DNA from: an uncultured Lachnospiraceae bacterium | GTDB lineage: Bacteria > Bacillota > Clostridia > Lachnospirales > Lachnospiraceae | NCBI GenBank assembly: GCA_946183625.1 | Contig: CAMHCL010000001.1 | Coordinates: 1-43,267 of the forward strand | DNA: 43,267 nucleotides | Direction of reading: 5' to 3' | Shown: piece after piece, positions 1 through 9,259 of the stretch | How the letters are laid out: each line of letters starts with the position of its first letter | Position numbering within the stretch: the stretch's first letter is position 1 | Made by a program: the position numbers and the translations under genes | Notes under the pieces: generated by a model | Databases searched by the model: none | What the model was told of the DNA's origin: nothing | The model's input: the letters and a program-made list of their open reading frames with translations, nothing else

Positions 1-183
1 TATCTCACCCTGTCTCTCCTGTGGAAGTTCAACATTGAACTCCTCTTCCATTGCCATAACAAGATCATACAGATCTAGTGAATCAACTGCCAGGTCATCC
101 TTAAATGACGTATCCAGCGTTATATCCTGTGGCTGAACTGAGAGACGATCCATCATTATTTCTACCAATTTATCAAATATCAT
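1..183 (-). CDS. acpP: Acyl carrier protein (3' end truncated by window edge)
   Basis: Manual translation MIFDKLVEIMMDRLSVQPQDITLDTSFKDDLAVDSLDLYDLVMAMEEEFNVELPQE..., with the DSL phosphopantetheine motif; AAGGAG RBS upstream; not in the ORF track. Confidence 0.9.
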   Translation of the reverse strand, partial: MIFDKLVEIMMDRLSVQPQDITLDTSFKDDLAVDSLDLYDLVMAMEEEFNVELPQERQGEI

Positions 184-262
184 AATACAAAAATCTCCTT
201 ATGTTATTGCTAAATCGATATAAACATACAACACATATTTATGGGTTGTCAAGAGATATTAA

Positions 263-1558
263 TTACTCATATCTAAGTGCATCGATAGGGCTGAGTCTTG
301 CTGCTCTTCTAGCAGGATAAAGACCGAATATGATACCTACCAGCATGGAGAATATGAAGGATATGATTATCGCTGTAAACGGTGGTGTTACCGCTACATT
401 TAACCCTTGTAGCATCTCTGACTGGCCGATCAAGGCTTTTGCAATTACTGATACGAGTCCACCACTGATAAGTCCCATCACGATTCCAATGAAACCACCA
501 ATTGCACAGATGAACACAGCTTCAACCAGGAACTGCATTTCGATAACCTTGTTCTTCGCACCCAATGCTTTTCTGATACCGATTTCTTTAGTTCTCTCCA
601 CAACAGATACAAGCATTATGTTCATAACTCCGATACCACCAACGATAAGCGATATGGCTGCTATAACTGAGATAGCGAGTGTAACGACATCGAGTATCTT
701 GCTGATTCGTCCAAGTATCTGCTCCAGACTTTCGCACTGGAATATGAGCTGAGAGTTCTTATCAAGCTTTCTATTGAAGTAATTTGATGTTGCATCCATC
801 AGGTCTTTAGGTTCTACGCCTTCTTCTGAGAAGAAATAGAACATACCGGCATCATAATCTTCCAGATTACCGCCTTGAACTTCCACAGCTTCGCTGTAAG
901 GAACAATCAGCGGTGTTGATATATCTTTTTCTTCCTGCTTTGCAGCTCCTAATCCATTTACCTTATTCTGGTCATATTTGTATACTCCGATGATGTAGAG
1001 AGTCATAACATCTCCACTTTCAAGAGTCAGCTCAATTGGTTCTCCTATAGGATTTCCACCGCCTAAAGCATATTTTACGAAAAGGTCTGATACTACACAG
1101 ACTTTCTTTCTGCCTATGCTGTCATCAAAATTAATATCTCTACCATATATAAAATCAAGATTAGAGATACGACAGTATCCTTCTGTTGAGCCGGTTACTT
1201 CTACATTTACATCATTCTCGCTTGTAGAGTAAACTGATGATCCCAGCTGCACCATACTGCTGACCTGGGAAACCTGGCCCGAAAAGGCTTTTTTATAATC
1301 TATCATATCCTGGAACGTGATTGGTGGAGGCAGCTCCTCATATTCGTAAGTTGGATCATAATAGTATCCTGCCAGCTGGTTTGCACCGGACATATCACTG
1401 ACGGATTTTTCTATTGTCTGCCTCAGGGTGGAACCTATGGTAGATATAGTGATAACCGAACTAATACCTATAATGATACCAAGCATTGTCAGGATGGAGC
1501 GCATTTTATTAGCTTTGACACACGCCCATGCCAGTCGGAGGTTTTCTGTAAATTTCAT
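263..1558 (-). CDS. MacB/FtsX-family ABC transporter permease
   Basis: N-terminal RSILTMLGIIIG; GGIGVMNIMLVSVVERTKEIGIRKALGA; C-terminal PARRAARLSPIDALRYE. Confidence 0.93.
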   Translation of the reverse strand: MKFTENLRLAWACVKANKMRSILTMLGIIIGISSVITISTIGSTLRQTIEKSVSDMSGANQLAGYYYDPTYEYEELPPPITFQDMIDYKKAFSGQVSQVSSMVQLGSSVYSTSENDVNVEVTGSTEGYCRISNLDFIYGRDINFDDSIGRKKVCVVSDLFVKYALGGGNPIGEPIELTLESGDVMTLYIIGVYKYDQNKVNGLGAAKQEEKDISTPLIVPYSEAVEVQGGNLEDYDAGMFYFFSEEGVEPKDLMDATSNYFNRKLDKNSQLIFQCESLEQILGRISKILDVVTLAISVIAAISLIVGGIGVMNIMLVSVVERTKEIGIRKALGAKNKVIEMQFLVEAVFICAIGGFIGIVMGLISGGLVSVIAKALIGQSEMLQGLNVAVTPPFTAIIISFIFSMLVGIIFGLYPARRAARLSPIDALRYE

Positions 1559-2358
1559 TACTCGTTACCTCCCTTCTGCTCAGTAATAACAACATCGCCA
1601 CTAGTAGAATAACTCATCTTGTCTGCATCCGGATCTGAGTTTCTTGCATCACGTCTTGCCTTGAAGAACTGATTATATTCATCAGACATTATATATCCGT
1701 CGCTGATGGTTACTATTCTCTCTGTCTCTGCAGCCAGTTCCTTACTGTGAGTTATAAGAACTATAGTTTTATGCTGTTCATCATGAAGCTTATGGAATAT
1801 ATCCATAATCTTATGTCCTGTTTTAGAATCCAGGGCTCCTGTAGGCTCATCCGCAAGGATCAGTGAAGGCTCACAAGCAAGTGCCCTTGCTATAGCCACT
1901 CTCTGATTCTGACCACCTGAAAGCTCGTTGGATTTATGATTATATCTTTCAGCCATGCCCATCATTTCCAAAAGGTACATAGCTCTCTCGCGGCGTTCTT
2001 TCTTGCCGTAGCCCGCATACATAAGGGGCACTTCTACATTTTCAAGGGCTGTTATCCTAGGTATCATACAAGCGCTCTGAAATACGAAGCCAATCTCCAT
2101 ATTTCTTATCTCACTAAGCTGTTCATCATCCATCTGGGATATGTCACCGCCGCTGAGAAAATACTCGCCACTGGTAGGTCTGTCCAAAGCACCCATGATA
2201 TTCATCATAGTTGATTTACCTGAACCTGATTCACCTACCAGAGATACAAACTGCCCTTCATCGACTGTCAAATCTATATCGTGTAATATATGCAGCTCAT
2301 TTTCCTGACCTTCGTAGTACTTCTTGTTAATGTGCCGCATATCTATAACTCGACTCAT
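1558..2358 (-). CDS. ABC transporter ATP-binding protein (LolD/MacB-like)
   Basis: Walker A GESGSGKST, signature LSGGQ, Walker B ILADEPT; start moved to the ATG after an AGGAG RBS. Confidence 0.95.
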   Translation of the reverse strand: MSRVIDMRHINKKYYEGQENELHILHDIDLTVDEGQFVSLVGESGSGKSTMMNIMGALDRPTSGEYFLSGGDISQMDDEQLSEIRNMEIGFVFQSACMIPRITALENVEVPLMYAGYGKKERRERAMYLLEMMGMAERYNHKSNELSGGQNQRVAIARALACEPSLILADEPTGALDSKTGHKIMDIFHKLHDEQHKTIVLITHSKELAAETERIVTISDGYIMSDEYNQFFKARRDARNSDPDADKMSYSTSGDVVITEQKGGNE

Positions 2359-2369
2359 ATGGCACACTC

Positions 2370-3974
2370 CTATTCTTCTGTACTATCCTTTGATTCTTCA
2401 CTTGCAGATTCCTCAGCATCCTGAGCATCCTTAACATCCTGCTTCTCTATAGCAAATAATGAACCTGATGTTATTGTATCCGGATATAGAATTACAAGAT
2501 CACCCTGCTTAAGGTCTCCACTAACGATTTCTGTATAATAGTCACCAACCTCACCTGTTTCTACTTCAACTTCCTCAGACTGATACATACCATTTGCAAC
2601 TTCTTTTGCAATATATACTTTTGAAGTCTCATCAGAATCAGTAATGATAGCTGTATATGGAACACTGAAAAGTGAGCTCTCTGCACCCATAGCAATCTTA
2701 GTCTTAACAGTCATACCAAGAAGAAGTCCATCACCGCTTGTTACCTTTATAACTGCTGAATAACCTGATGACTTCTGAGTTGCTCCCTGCATAAGAGGAT
2801 TAGTTGATGCGTCCTCTGATGAAGCCACGAAGTTTACAACCTTATCAACTACACCCTCTGCAGCTATATCCTGAAGAGAATCATTTGATATGGTTACTTC
2901 CTGACCTTCCTTAACTTTAAATATATCTCTTTCTTTTATCTCAACTTTAATCTGGAGGTTTTCATTATCTTCAATCTGAAGAATAGTTCCCTGGCATACC
3001 TGTCCCTCTGTTCCACTAACAGAAGTTACGATACCAGATACATCTGATTTAATTACTGAATTTTCTTTCTGCTCATATAATTCAGCAAGCTGAATAGTGA
3101 GCTCAGATACACTGGATACAGTGATAGATGTCATATCAAGAGTATCCTGAGCACTCTGAATAGCTTCACCACTTGCTTCTACTGTCTTATTGTAAGCCTT
3201 TACTGCTGCATCATATGCAGCCTTCTTCAGCTCAACACTTTCATCAGCTGCTACGGCTGTTGCATAGGCTGTTTCATAAGCTTTCTTAAGATCCTTGAGT
3301 GCTGCCTCTGCAACTGCATCACCAGGAGTTGCCTTTTCATAAGCTGTCTCATATGCAGTCTGTGCAGCAGTAGCTGCAGCATAAGCAGGTTCAACAGCTT
3401 CCACTGCACTCTCATATTCTTTTCTTGCTTCATCAAGTGCTTCAGCTGCAGAACTAATTTCAACATTTGAACTCTTACGAGCATTCTCAAGACCATGACG
3501 TGATGTCTCAAGCTGCTTAGCCTGAGCTCTCTCTTCGTCAGAAGCCTTACTCTCGAGATTAGTTATCTGTTTATCTATATCATCAGTTTCGATGGTACAT
3601 ACAACCTGACCCTTCTTAACCTTATCACCTACTGATACCTTGATCTCATCAATAGGATACTGAAGTCTGGTTGATATGCACTGTACATTCTGACTCTCAA
3701 CAGTACCCTTTGTACTAATATAAGAAGTCATATCATGCATTCCATACTCCTGAACAACAGTCTTGTTATCCATAGCACTCTTTGCCTTATTCATAAAACT
3801 TTTGAATAAAACAACTGCTCCAATGATAAATACAACTGCAACGGCAGCTATTATAATTATCCATTTCTTAGCGCCGCCCTTCTTCTTCGCCTTTTTCTTA
3901 TCAAATGCTGCTGAATTCTGCTGATTAGGATTCTGTTGCATTGGACTTTGTTGCATTGTACTCTGCTCTTCCAT
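2370..3974 (-). CDS. Efflux periplasmic adaptor / membrane fusion protein (HlyD/YknX-like)
   Basis: N-terminal TM helix, lipoyl-like VSVGDKVKKGQ, long coiled coil, C-terminal EIVSGDLKQGD; first gene of the ABC operon. Confidence 0.88.
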   Translation of the reverse strand: MEEQSTMQQSPMQQNPNQQNSAAFDKKKAKKKGGAKKWIIIIAAVAVVFIIGAVVLFKSFMNKAKSAMDNKTVVQEYGMHDMTSYISTKGTVESQNVQCISTRLQYPIDEIKVSVGDKVKKGQVVCTIETDDIDKQITNLESKASDEERAQAKQLETSRHGLENARKSSNVEISSAAEALDEARKEYESAVEAVEPAYAAATAAQTAYETAYEKATPGDAVAEAALKDLKKAYETAYATAVAADESVELKKAAYDAAVKAYNKTVEASGEAIQSAQDTLDMTSITVSSVSELTIQLAELYEQKENSVIKSDVSGIVTSVSGTEGQVCQGTILQIEDNENLQIKVEIKERDIFKVKEGQEVTISNDSLQDIAAEGVVDKVVNFVASSEDASTNPLMQGATQKSSGYSAVIKVTSGDGLLLGMTVKTKIAMGAESSLFSVPYTAIITDSDETSKVYIAKEVANGMYQSEEVEVETGEVGDYYTEIVSGDLKQGDLVILYPDTITSGSLFAIEKQDVKDAQDAEESASEESKDSTEE

Positions 3975-4173
3975 CTTAACCTCCGAAAATGTTTAATTTG
4001 TTTATTCCCTCAACCCTCTGACTATACCATAAAGACTGGGGCGAGGCAAGCTACCACACCCTAGCAATCCATGGTTTTACACTGTCAAAAAATCAACAAT
4101 ATAGATATTATAGCAGACATAGTAACAATTTTTTCTTAAATAAATCTTAAGATAGGATAATTAGTTTATTAAC

Positions 4174-4227
4174 TTCTATGGGATGGCGTTATTCTGTGGG
4201 ATGGCGTTATTCTGTGGGATGGCGTGC
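4174..4227. repeat. 18-bp tandem repeat x3 (TTCTRTGGGATGGCGTTA)
   Basis: Copies start at 4174, 4192 and 4210; the third runs into the 73-bp array. Confidence 0.9.
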
Positions 4228-4626
4228 GGGTTGAGGCAAATTCCTCTTGCTATCCGCACGCGAAATTCCTTGAATCCTTTGATTTTGTCGTGGCACGTGC
4301 GGTTTTGATTAATTTCCGGTTGCTTTCCGCACACTTAATCCCGAAAAAGCCTTTATTCTGTTGTATCGCGTGCGGGTTGAGATAGTTTCCTCTTGCTTCC
4401 CGCACACTTAATCCCGAAAAAGCCTTTATTCTATGAAATAGCGTGCGGATTGAGATAGTTTCCTCTTGCTTCCCGCACACTTAATCCCGGAAAAGCCTTT
4501 ATTCTGTTGGGGCGCGTGCGGGTTGAGATAGTTTCCTCTTGCTAACCGCACACTTAATCCCGAAAAAGCCTTTATTCTGTTGGGGCGCGTGCGGATTGAG
4601 TTATAAAAGTCTTGTCACCCGCACGC
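4222..4626. repeat. 73-bp tandem repeat array (about 5.5 units), each unit containing a GCGTGCGG-N24-CCGCAC(A/G)C inverted repeat
   Basis: Units start at 4222, 4295, 4368, 4441, 4514 and 4587 (exact period 73); central units near-identical, outer units diverged. Confidence 0.93.
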
Positions 4627-4663
4627 AGTCCAAAAAAATCACATAACCTTATAAACCCTAAAC

Positions 4664-4692
4664 TTGCCAATACTCTTTTTTTGTGATACTAT
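4664..4692 (+). promoter_or_regulatory. Putative sigma-A promoter for scfAB
   Basis: TTGCCA-N17-TACTAT with extended -10 (TGA TACTAT). Confidence 0.6.
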
Positions 4693-4737
4693 CTTTCATA
4701 GGTTTTAATCCTAATTATTATTTAAGAGGTGAATATC

Positions 4738-4875
4738 ATGGAGAGAATTAAGACACTTGAGACAAAAGATCTCTGTGAAAGCGCAAAGACAGGCGGATGC
4801 GGCGAGTGCCAGACATCATGTCAGAGTGCTTGTAAGACAAGCTGTGGCGTAGCTAATCAGCAGTGTGAAAAATAA
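4738..4875 (+). CDS. scfA: SCIFF (six-cysteine) ranthipeptide precursor
   Basis: MERIKTLETKDLCESAKTGGCGECQTSCQSACKTSCGVANQQCEK (45 aa) with the hallmark GGCGECQTSCQSACKTSC; GAGGTG RBS; directly upstream of the radical SAM maturase. Confidence 0.97.
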   Translation: MERIKTLETKDLCESAKTGGCGECQTSCQSACKTSCGVANQQCEK

Positions 4876-4880
4876 CAAGA

Positions 4881-4906
4881 GTGCCGCCGAAACAGGCGGC
4901 ATTTTT
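4881..4906 (+). terminator. Intrinsic terminator-like hairpin between scfA and scfB
   Basis: GTGCCGCC-gaaaca-GGCGGCAT followed by a T run. Confidence 0.75.
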
Positions 4907-4936
4907 GTTGAAGAAAACCCTAAGTGAGGAACCCAA

Positions 4937-6466
4937 ATGGTACATCAATACAAACTTAATGGCTACAACATAGTTCTCGATACATGCTCCGGTTCGGTGC
5001 ATAATGTGGACGATGTAGCTTACGATATAATTGAAATGTTTCCTACAAACAGCGAAGATGAAATCGTTGCTGAGATAATGAAGAGATACGGCGACCGTCC
5101 AGACGTGACCGAAGAAGATATCCGTCTATGTATAGATGATGTCCGCACTCTCAAGGAAAACCATAAACTCTATACCGAGGATACATACGCTCCTCTCGCA
5201 GGCGAGTTCAAGAGACGCAGTGGCGATGTCATAAAAGCTCTTTGTCTTCATGTATCACACACTTGCAATCTTAACTGTGAGTACTGCTTTGCAAGCCAGG
5301 GCAGATATCACGGCGACAGAGCGCTCATGAGCTTTGAAGTTGGAAAGGCTGCTATCGATTTTCTGATCGCTCATTCTGGAACAAGGCACAACCTCGAGGT
5401 GGACTTCTTCGGCGGAGAGCCTCTTATGAACTGGGATGTGTGCAAGCAGATCGTCGAGTACGCTCGTTCAATCGAGAAGGAAGCAGGCAAGAATTTCCGC
5501 TTCACTCTCACCACTAACGGAGTTCTTATCGATGATGATGTCATCGATTTCTGTAATAAAGAAATGTCAAATGTAGTGCTTAGCCTTGATGGTCGTAAAG
5601 AGGTTCATGACAGGACCCGTAAGGATTTTGCTGGCAACGGAAGCTATGACAAGATAATCCCTAAATTCCAGGAATTAGTAAAACGTCGTGGTGATAAGAG
5701 CTACTACATAAGAGGAACTTATACACATTTAAATACTGATTTTACAAATGATATCTTTGCAATGGCTGATCTAGGATTTGATGAGCTATCTATGGAGCCT
5801 GTTGTATGCAGTCCTGATGACCCACTTGCCCTTACAGCCGAGGACCTTCCAGTTCTAAAGGAGCAGTATGAAATACTTGCTAAAGATATGCTTCAGAGAG
5901 ACAGAGAAGGAAGAAGTATTACTTTCTATCATTATATGATCGACCTTAAGTCCGGTCCTTGTATCTACAAGAGAATTTCCGGATGCGGTTCAGGAACAGA
6001 ATATATGGCCGTTACACCTTGGGGCGACCTTTATCCATGCCATCAGTTCGTTGGCGAGGAGAAGTACAAGCTTGGCGATCTGTGGAACGGCGTTACAAAC
6101 ACCGAAGCACAGGAAGAATTCAGATTCTGCAATGCCTATGCCCGTCCAGACTGCAATGACTGCTGGGCTAAGCTCTACTGCTCAGGCGGATGTGCCGCAA
6201 ACGCATATCATGCCACAGGCGATGTTAAGGGCATTTATGAATATGGCTGTGAGCTTTTCAGAAAGCGTATGGAATGTGCCATTATGATCCAGGTTGCACA
6301 TGATGCAGAAGGAATCGTACCTAAGAAGGCCAGTTCGACAGACAGTCAGGCGACCGATGCCAATATTAACGCCGACTCCGATTCTAAAGCCAGCGTTGAT
6401 TGCAGCGATGATACAGATTGCAATAACTGTGCGTCAAATGACACAGAAGACCTCAGACGTTGTTAG
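4937..6466 (+). CDS. scfB: Thioether cross-link-forming SCIFF radical SAM/SPASM maturase
   Basis: CxxxCxxC (CNLNCEYC), FFGGEP, SPASM cysteines (GCGSG, YPCH, CNDCWAKLYCSGGC), N-terminal RRE-like region; adjacent to scfA. Confidence 0.96.
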   Translation: MVHQYKLNGYNIVLDTCSGSVHNVDDVAYDIIEMFPTNSEDEIVAEIMKRYGDRPDVTEEDIRLCIDDVRTLKENHKLYTEDTYAPLAGEFKRRSGDVIKALCLHVSHTCNLNCEYCFASQGRYHGDRALMSFEVGKAAIDFLIAHSGTRHNLEVDFFGGEPLMNWDVCKQIVEYARSIEKEAGKNFRFTLTTNGVLIDDDVIDFCNKEMSNVVLSLDGRKEVHDRTRKDFAGNGSYDKIIPKFQELVKRRGDKSYYIRGTYTHLNTDFTNDIFAMADLGFDELSMEPVVCSPDDPLALTAEDLPVLKEQYEILAKDMLQRDREGRSITFYHYMIDLKSGPCIYKRISGCGSGTEYMAVTPWGDLYPCHQFVGEEKYKLGDLWNGVTNTEAQEEFRFCNAYARPDCNDCWAKLYCSGGCAANAYHATGDVKGIYEYGCELFRKRMECAIMIQVAHDAEGIVPKKASSTDSQATDANINADSDSKASVDCSDDTDCNNCASNDTEDLRRC

Positions 6467-6529
6467 TACAAAATAAAACCCCATTAATAATTAATGGCAT
6501 ATCATAGACCTTACAGTTTAGGAGGCACT

Positions 6530-8203
6530 ATGAAAAATACGAATATAACAACCCCTATAAATGATTTCACATCGGACTACTCCACTTCAGGCGTAGTCCG
6601 TCTTCATATGCCAGGGCACAAAGGTTCTGGGGATTGGGATCAGGGAGTAATTCCAAACAGCGATGCAAATTTTGGACAGGGGTTGATTTCCAACGCCCTT
6701 GATATCACTGAGATTTCCGGTGCTGATTCTCTTTATGAGGCCGACGGGATAATTCTGGAAAGCGAGAATAATGCCTCCGAACTATTCGGTACAAGACATA
6801 CATTTTACTCATGTGGCGGCTCAAGCCAATCTATAAAGTCTATGTGCTATCTAGCACTAAAGCATGCCGCTTCAACACCTAATAACATTGGTATAAAGCA
6901 TACACCGACAATCCTTGCGGGCAGAAATGCGCACAGGGCTTTTCTTGATGCATGCATGCTTCTTAAGTTCGACGTTGAATGGCTGTATTCCGAGGACGAG
7001 ACTTCACTTTGCAGATGCCTGATCACTCCGGAAGGATTAGATGAGCGTATACAAGAATTCAAGGTGGAGCATTACGGTGCCCTTCCATCAGCTATCTACG
7101 TGACAAGTCCTGATTATCTTGGAAATGTACTGGATATCCGTGGGCTCGCTGAAACGACCCACAAATACGGCATTCTTCTATTGTGTGATAACGCCCATGG
7201 TTCGTATCTCAGATTCATATCAACTACGGACACATCAACATGTGAAAACACAACCACATCAGAATGTGGAAACAGCGCGGATATAAATGACCTCCATCCA
7301 ATCACTCTCGGTGCAGATATTGTATGCGATTCTGCACACAAGACTCTTCCGGTTCTTACTGGAGGCGCATATCTCCACGTAAGCAATTCGGCTCCGAAGG
7401 GAATAGAAAAAGAAGCAAGACAGGCTATGGTCATGTTCGGTTCCACAAGCCCATCATATCTGATACTTAATTCACTGGATAAAGCGAATAAAATCCTTAG
7501 TGAAGATGGTTATAAAATGTACCAGGACTGTCACAAGAAAATCTCTGAATTAAAAGAAAAGCTGACCGAAGCCGGTATCCTTCTGATGGGCGACGAACCG
7601 CTGAAGATTACTATCGATGCACAGCGTTCTTTCGGACTTAGTGGAACAACACTTGCTGATATCCTTCGTAAGGGATTATCGTCATCCGATATTGCAGAGA
7701 AAGCCAATTCATCCAGCATCGCAGAAAAGGGCAATTCATCCAGCATCGCAGAAAAGAGCAATTCATCCAGCATCACAGATGAAGTCCGAATCGAATGTGA
7801 ATACGCTGACCGCGACTACCTGGTAACCATGTGGTCTCCTTGCAATCCAGATTCTGATTATGAAGATTTCTATAAGGCGATTATCAGAATCATGGGTCAT
7901 AGAAATAACATTTCACACGAGGCCAGCGAAATCATACACGGAAAAACCAAAAACAAAACGGAAGATGCTGTTTGCACCTTCCGCTATAATGCTGTAGCTA
8001 AATACCAGCCATATGAAACTTTATTCATGGATACTGAAACTGTGAAGGTTTCTAAATCCATCTGTGGCCGAATCGCAGCTGATACATCTGTGCACTGCCC
8101 TCCGGCTATTCTTCCTATAGTTCCCGGCGAAATAATTGACGAGAACACGTTAGCCATTCTCAAATACAACAACATAAATCAAATCACTGTCATTAGATTA
8201 TAA
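6530..8203 (+). CDS. PLP-dependent Orn/Lys/Arg decarboxylase family protein
   Basis: LHMPGHKG, DNAHG, PLP lysine SAHKTLP, STSPSY, PPAILPIVPGE; start at the ATG after AGGAGG. Confidence 0.88.
   Translation: MKNTNITTPINDFTSDYSTSGVVRLHMPGHKGSGDWDQGVIPNSDANFGQGLISNALDITEISGADSLYEADGIILESENNASELFGTRHTFYSCGGSSQSIKSMCYLALKHAASTPNNIGIKHTPTILAGRNAHRAFLDACMLLKFDVEWLYSEDETSLCRCLITPEGLDERIQEFKVEHYGALPSAIYVTSPDYLGNVLDIRGLAETTHKYGILLLCDNAHGSYLRFISTTDTSTCENTTTSECGNSADINDLHPITLGADIVCDSAHKTLPVLTGGAYLHVSNSAPKGIEKEARQAMVMFGSTSPSYLILNSLDKANKILSEDGYKMYQDCHKKISELKEKLTEAGILLMGDEPLKITIDAQRSFGLSGTTLADILRKGLSSSDIAEKANSSSIAEKGNSSSIAEKSNSSSITDEVRIECEYADRDYLVTMWSPCNPDSDYEDFYKAIIRIMGHRNNISHEASEIIHGKTKNKTEDAVCTFRYNAVAKYQPYETLFMDTETVKVSKSICGRIAADTSVHCPPAILPIVPGEIIDENTLAILKYNNINQITVIRL
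7694..7774 (+). repeat. In-frame 27-bp tandem repeat x3 encoding AEK(A/G/S)NSSSI
   Basis: Copies at 7694, 7721 and 7748. Confidence 0.9.
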
Positions 8204-8249
8204 TCTTCAACCGATTCCTCCATCATAAAAATATCTCATTGATCTCACA

Positions 8250-9233
8250 TTACAACCATCTGCCGGTGATACGAGCATGACAGTAGCCCCTTACAGGTTC
8301 TATGCCTCTGCCCTTCATCTTAGCCATGCAGAGTGTCTCGTGCGAATGGATCATCGGAATCAGTTCCTCATCAAAATCCAACTTCTTAGGAATAGCGCCC
8401 ATTATAAGGTGCACATCCAATTCTCTTACATAGAAATCAAGTTTCAGTGGACCCGGTTTTTTATAGAATTCCACAATCTGGCTGGCAACCAGAGGACACA
8501 TGATATTCTTCTGAATACCATCAGTTTTTATGAACTTGGCCCAGCCACGTTCAACGCCCTCTACGCAGTTCATCCAGATCATTGCCTTCGCGCCATTTTC
8601 AAATACAAAATAGAATCTAGCCCATCCAACCTTGGCATTCTTAACAGGTCTTTCTGACGCAATCCTTCTGGTTGGGAGCAGGCTGAATCTGGATGCCGCC
8701 TTTCCATACCATTCTCTACCAACCCAGGACGTAGCCTTAATCTCCGTACTAACATTTCCCAGCGTTATAGTTCCGCCGGTATATGTTCCCGGATATGTAA
8801 AATTGTACATAGCCGAATCATTTAATGATGCTTCTCCGGAATCAGTCAGACACAGAGGTAATCCCTGCGGTCTGAGGTTGATATCTAGAGAAACTCCGTC
8901 CATACTAGCATGGATCTGAATTCTATCTATGTTGCCTGACACTTCACTGTCAGGTGTCCTTGCAAGAAATGCATTAGCGGACACCATGACTTCTTTTTCA
9001 TCATAATAATGGACTTCGTCTATGAATTCCTTCTTAGTCTGATCCGCAAGCACAAAATACGTACCTATCTTGATCTCCTTACCTGGCAGTTCAACTGCCA
9101 TGATATGGTACAGATAGTCCATCTTGTGTCCTTCCAGATCGAAAGTACCACTGGCATAAAATGAATTAAATATATAATTACGTTTAAAGATTAAATCCAT
9201 CGTCGGATTAACCTTAATAATTCCATCACGCAA
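8250..9233 (-). CDS. Hypothetical protein, possibly AttH/lipocalin-like double beta-barrel
   Basis: Beta-rich; YNFTYP...GGTITLG...SWVGREW resembles AttH/CrtC-like motifs; TTG start. Confidence 0.45.
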   Translation of the reverse strand: MRDGIIKVNPTMDLIFKRNYIFNSFYASGTFDLEGHKMDYLYHIMAVELPGKEIKIGTYFVLADQTKKEFIDEVHYYDEKEVMVSANAFLARTPDSEVSGNIDRIQIHASMDGVSLDINLRPQGLPLCLTDSGEASLNDSAMYNFTYPGTYTGGTITLGNVSTEIKATSWVGREWYGKAASRFSLLPTRRIASERPVKNAKVGWARFYFVFENGAKAMIWMNCVEGVERGWAKFIKTDGIQKNIMCPLVASQIVEFYKKPGPLKLDFYVRELDVHLIMGAIPKKLDFDEELIPMIHSHETLCMAKMKGRGIEPVRGYCHARITGRWL

Positions 9234-9259
9234 TTCTATAACCCCACGAAAATGTCACT

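Noticed and set aside
4250-4480. 76-aa ORF inside the repeat array
   Set aside because: Lies within a repeat whose period is not a multiple of 3; no RBS; likely spurious
4222-4626. CRISPR array or tRNA cluster
   Set aside because: The intervening sequences are near-identical in the central units rather than unique spacers; no cas genes; no T-loop, cloverleaf or CCA
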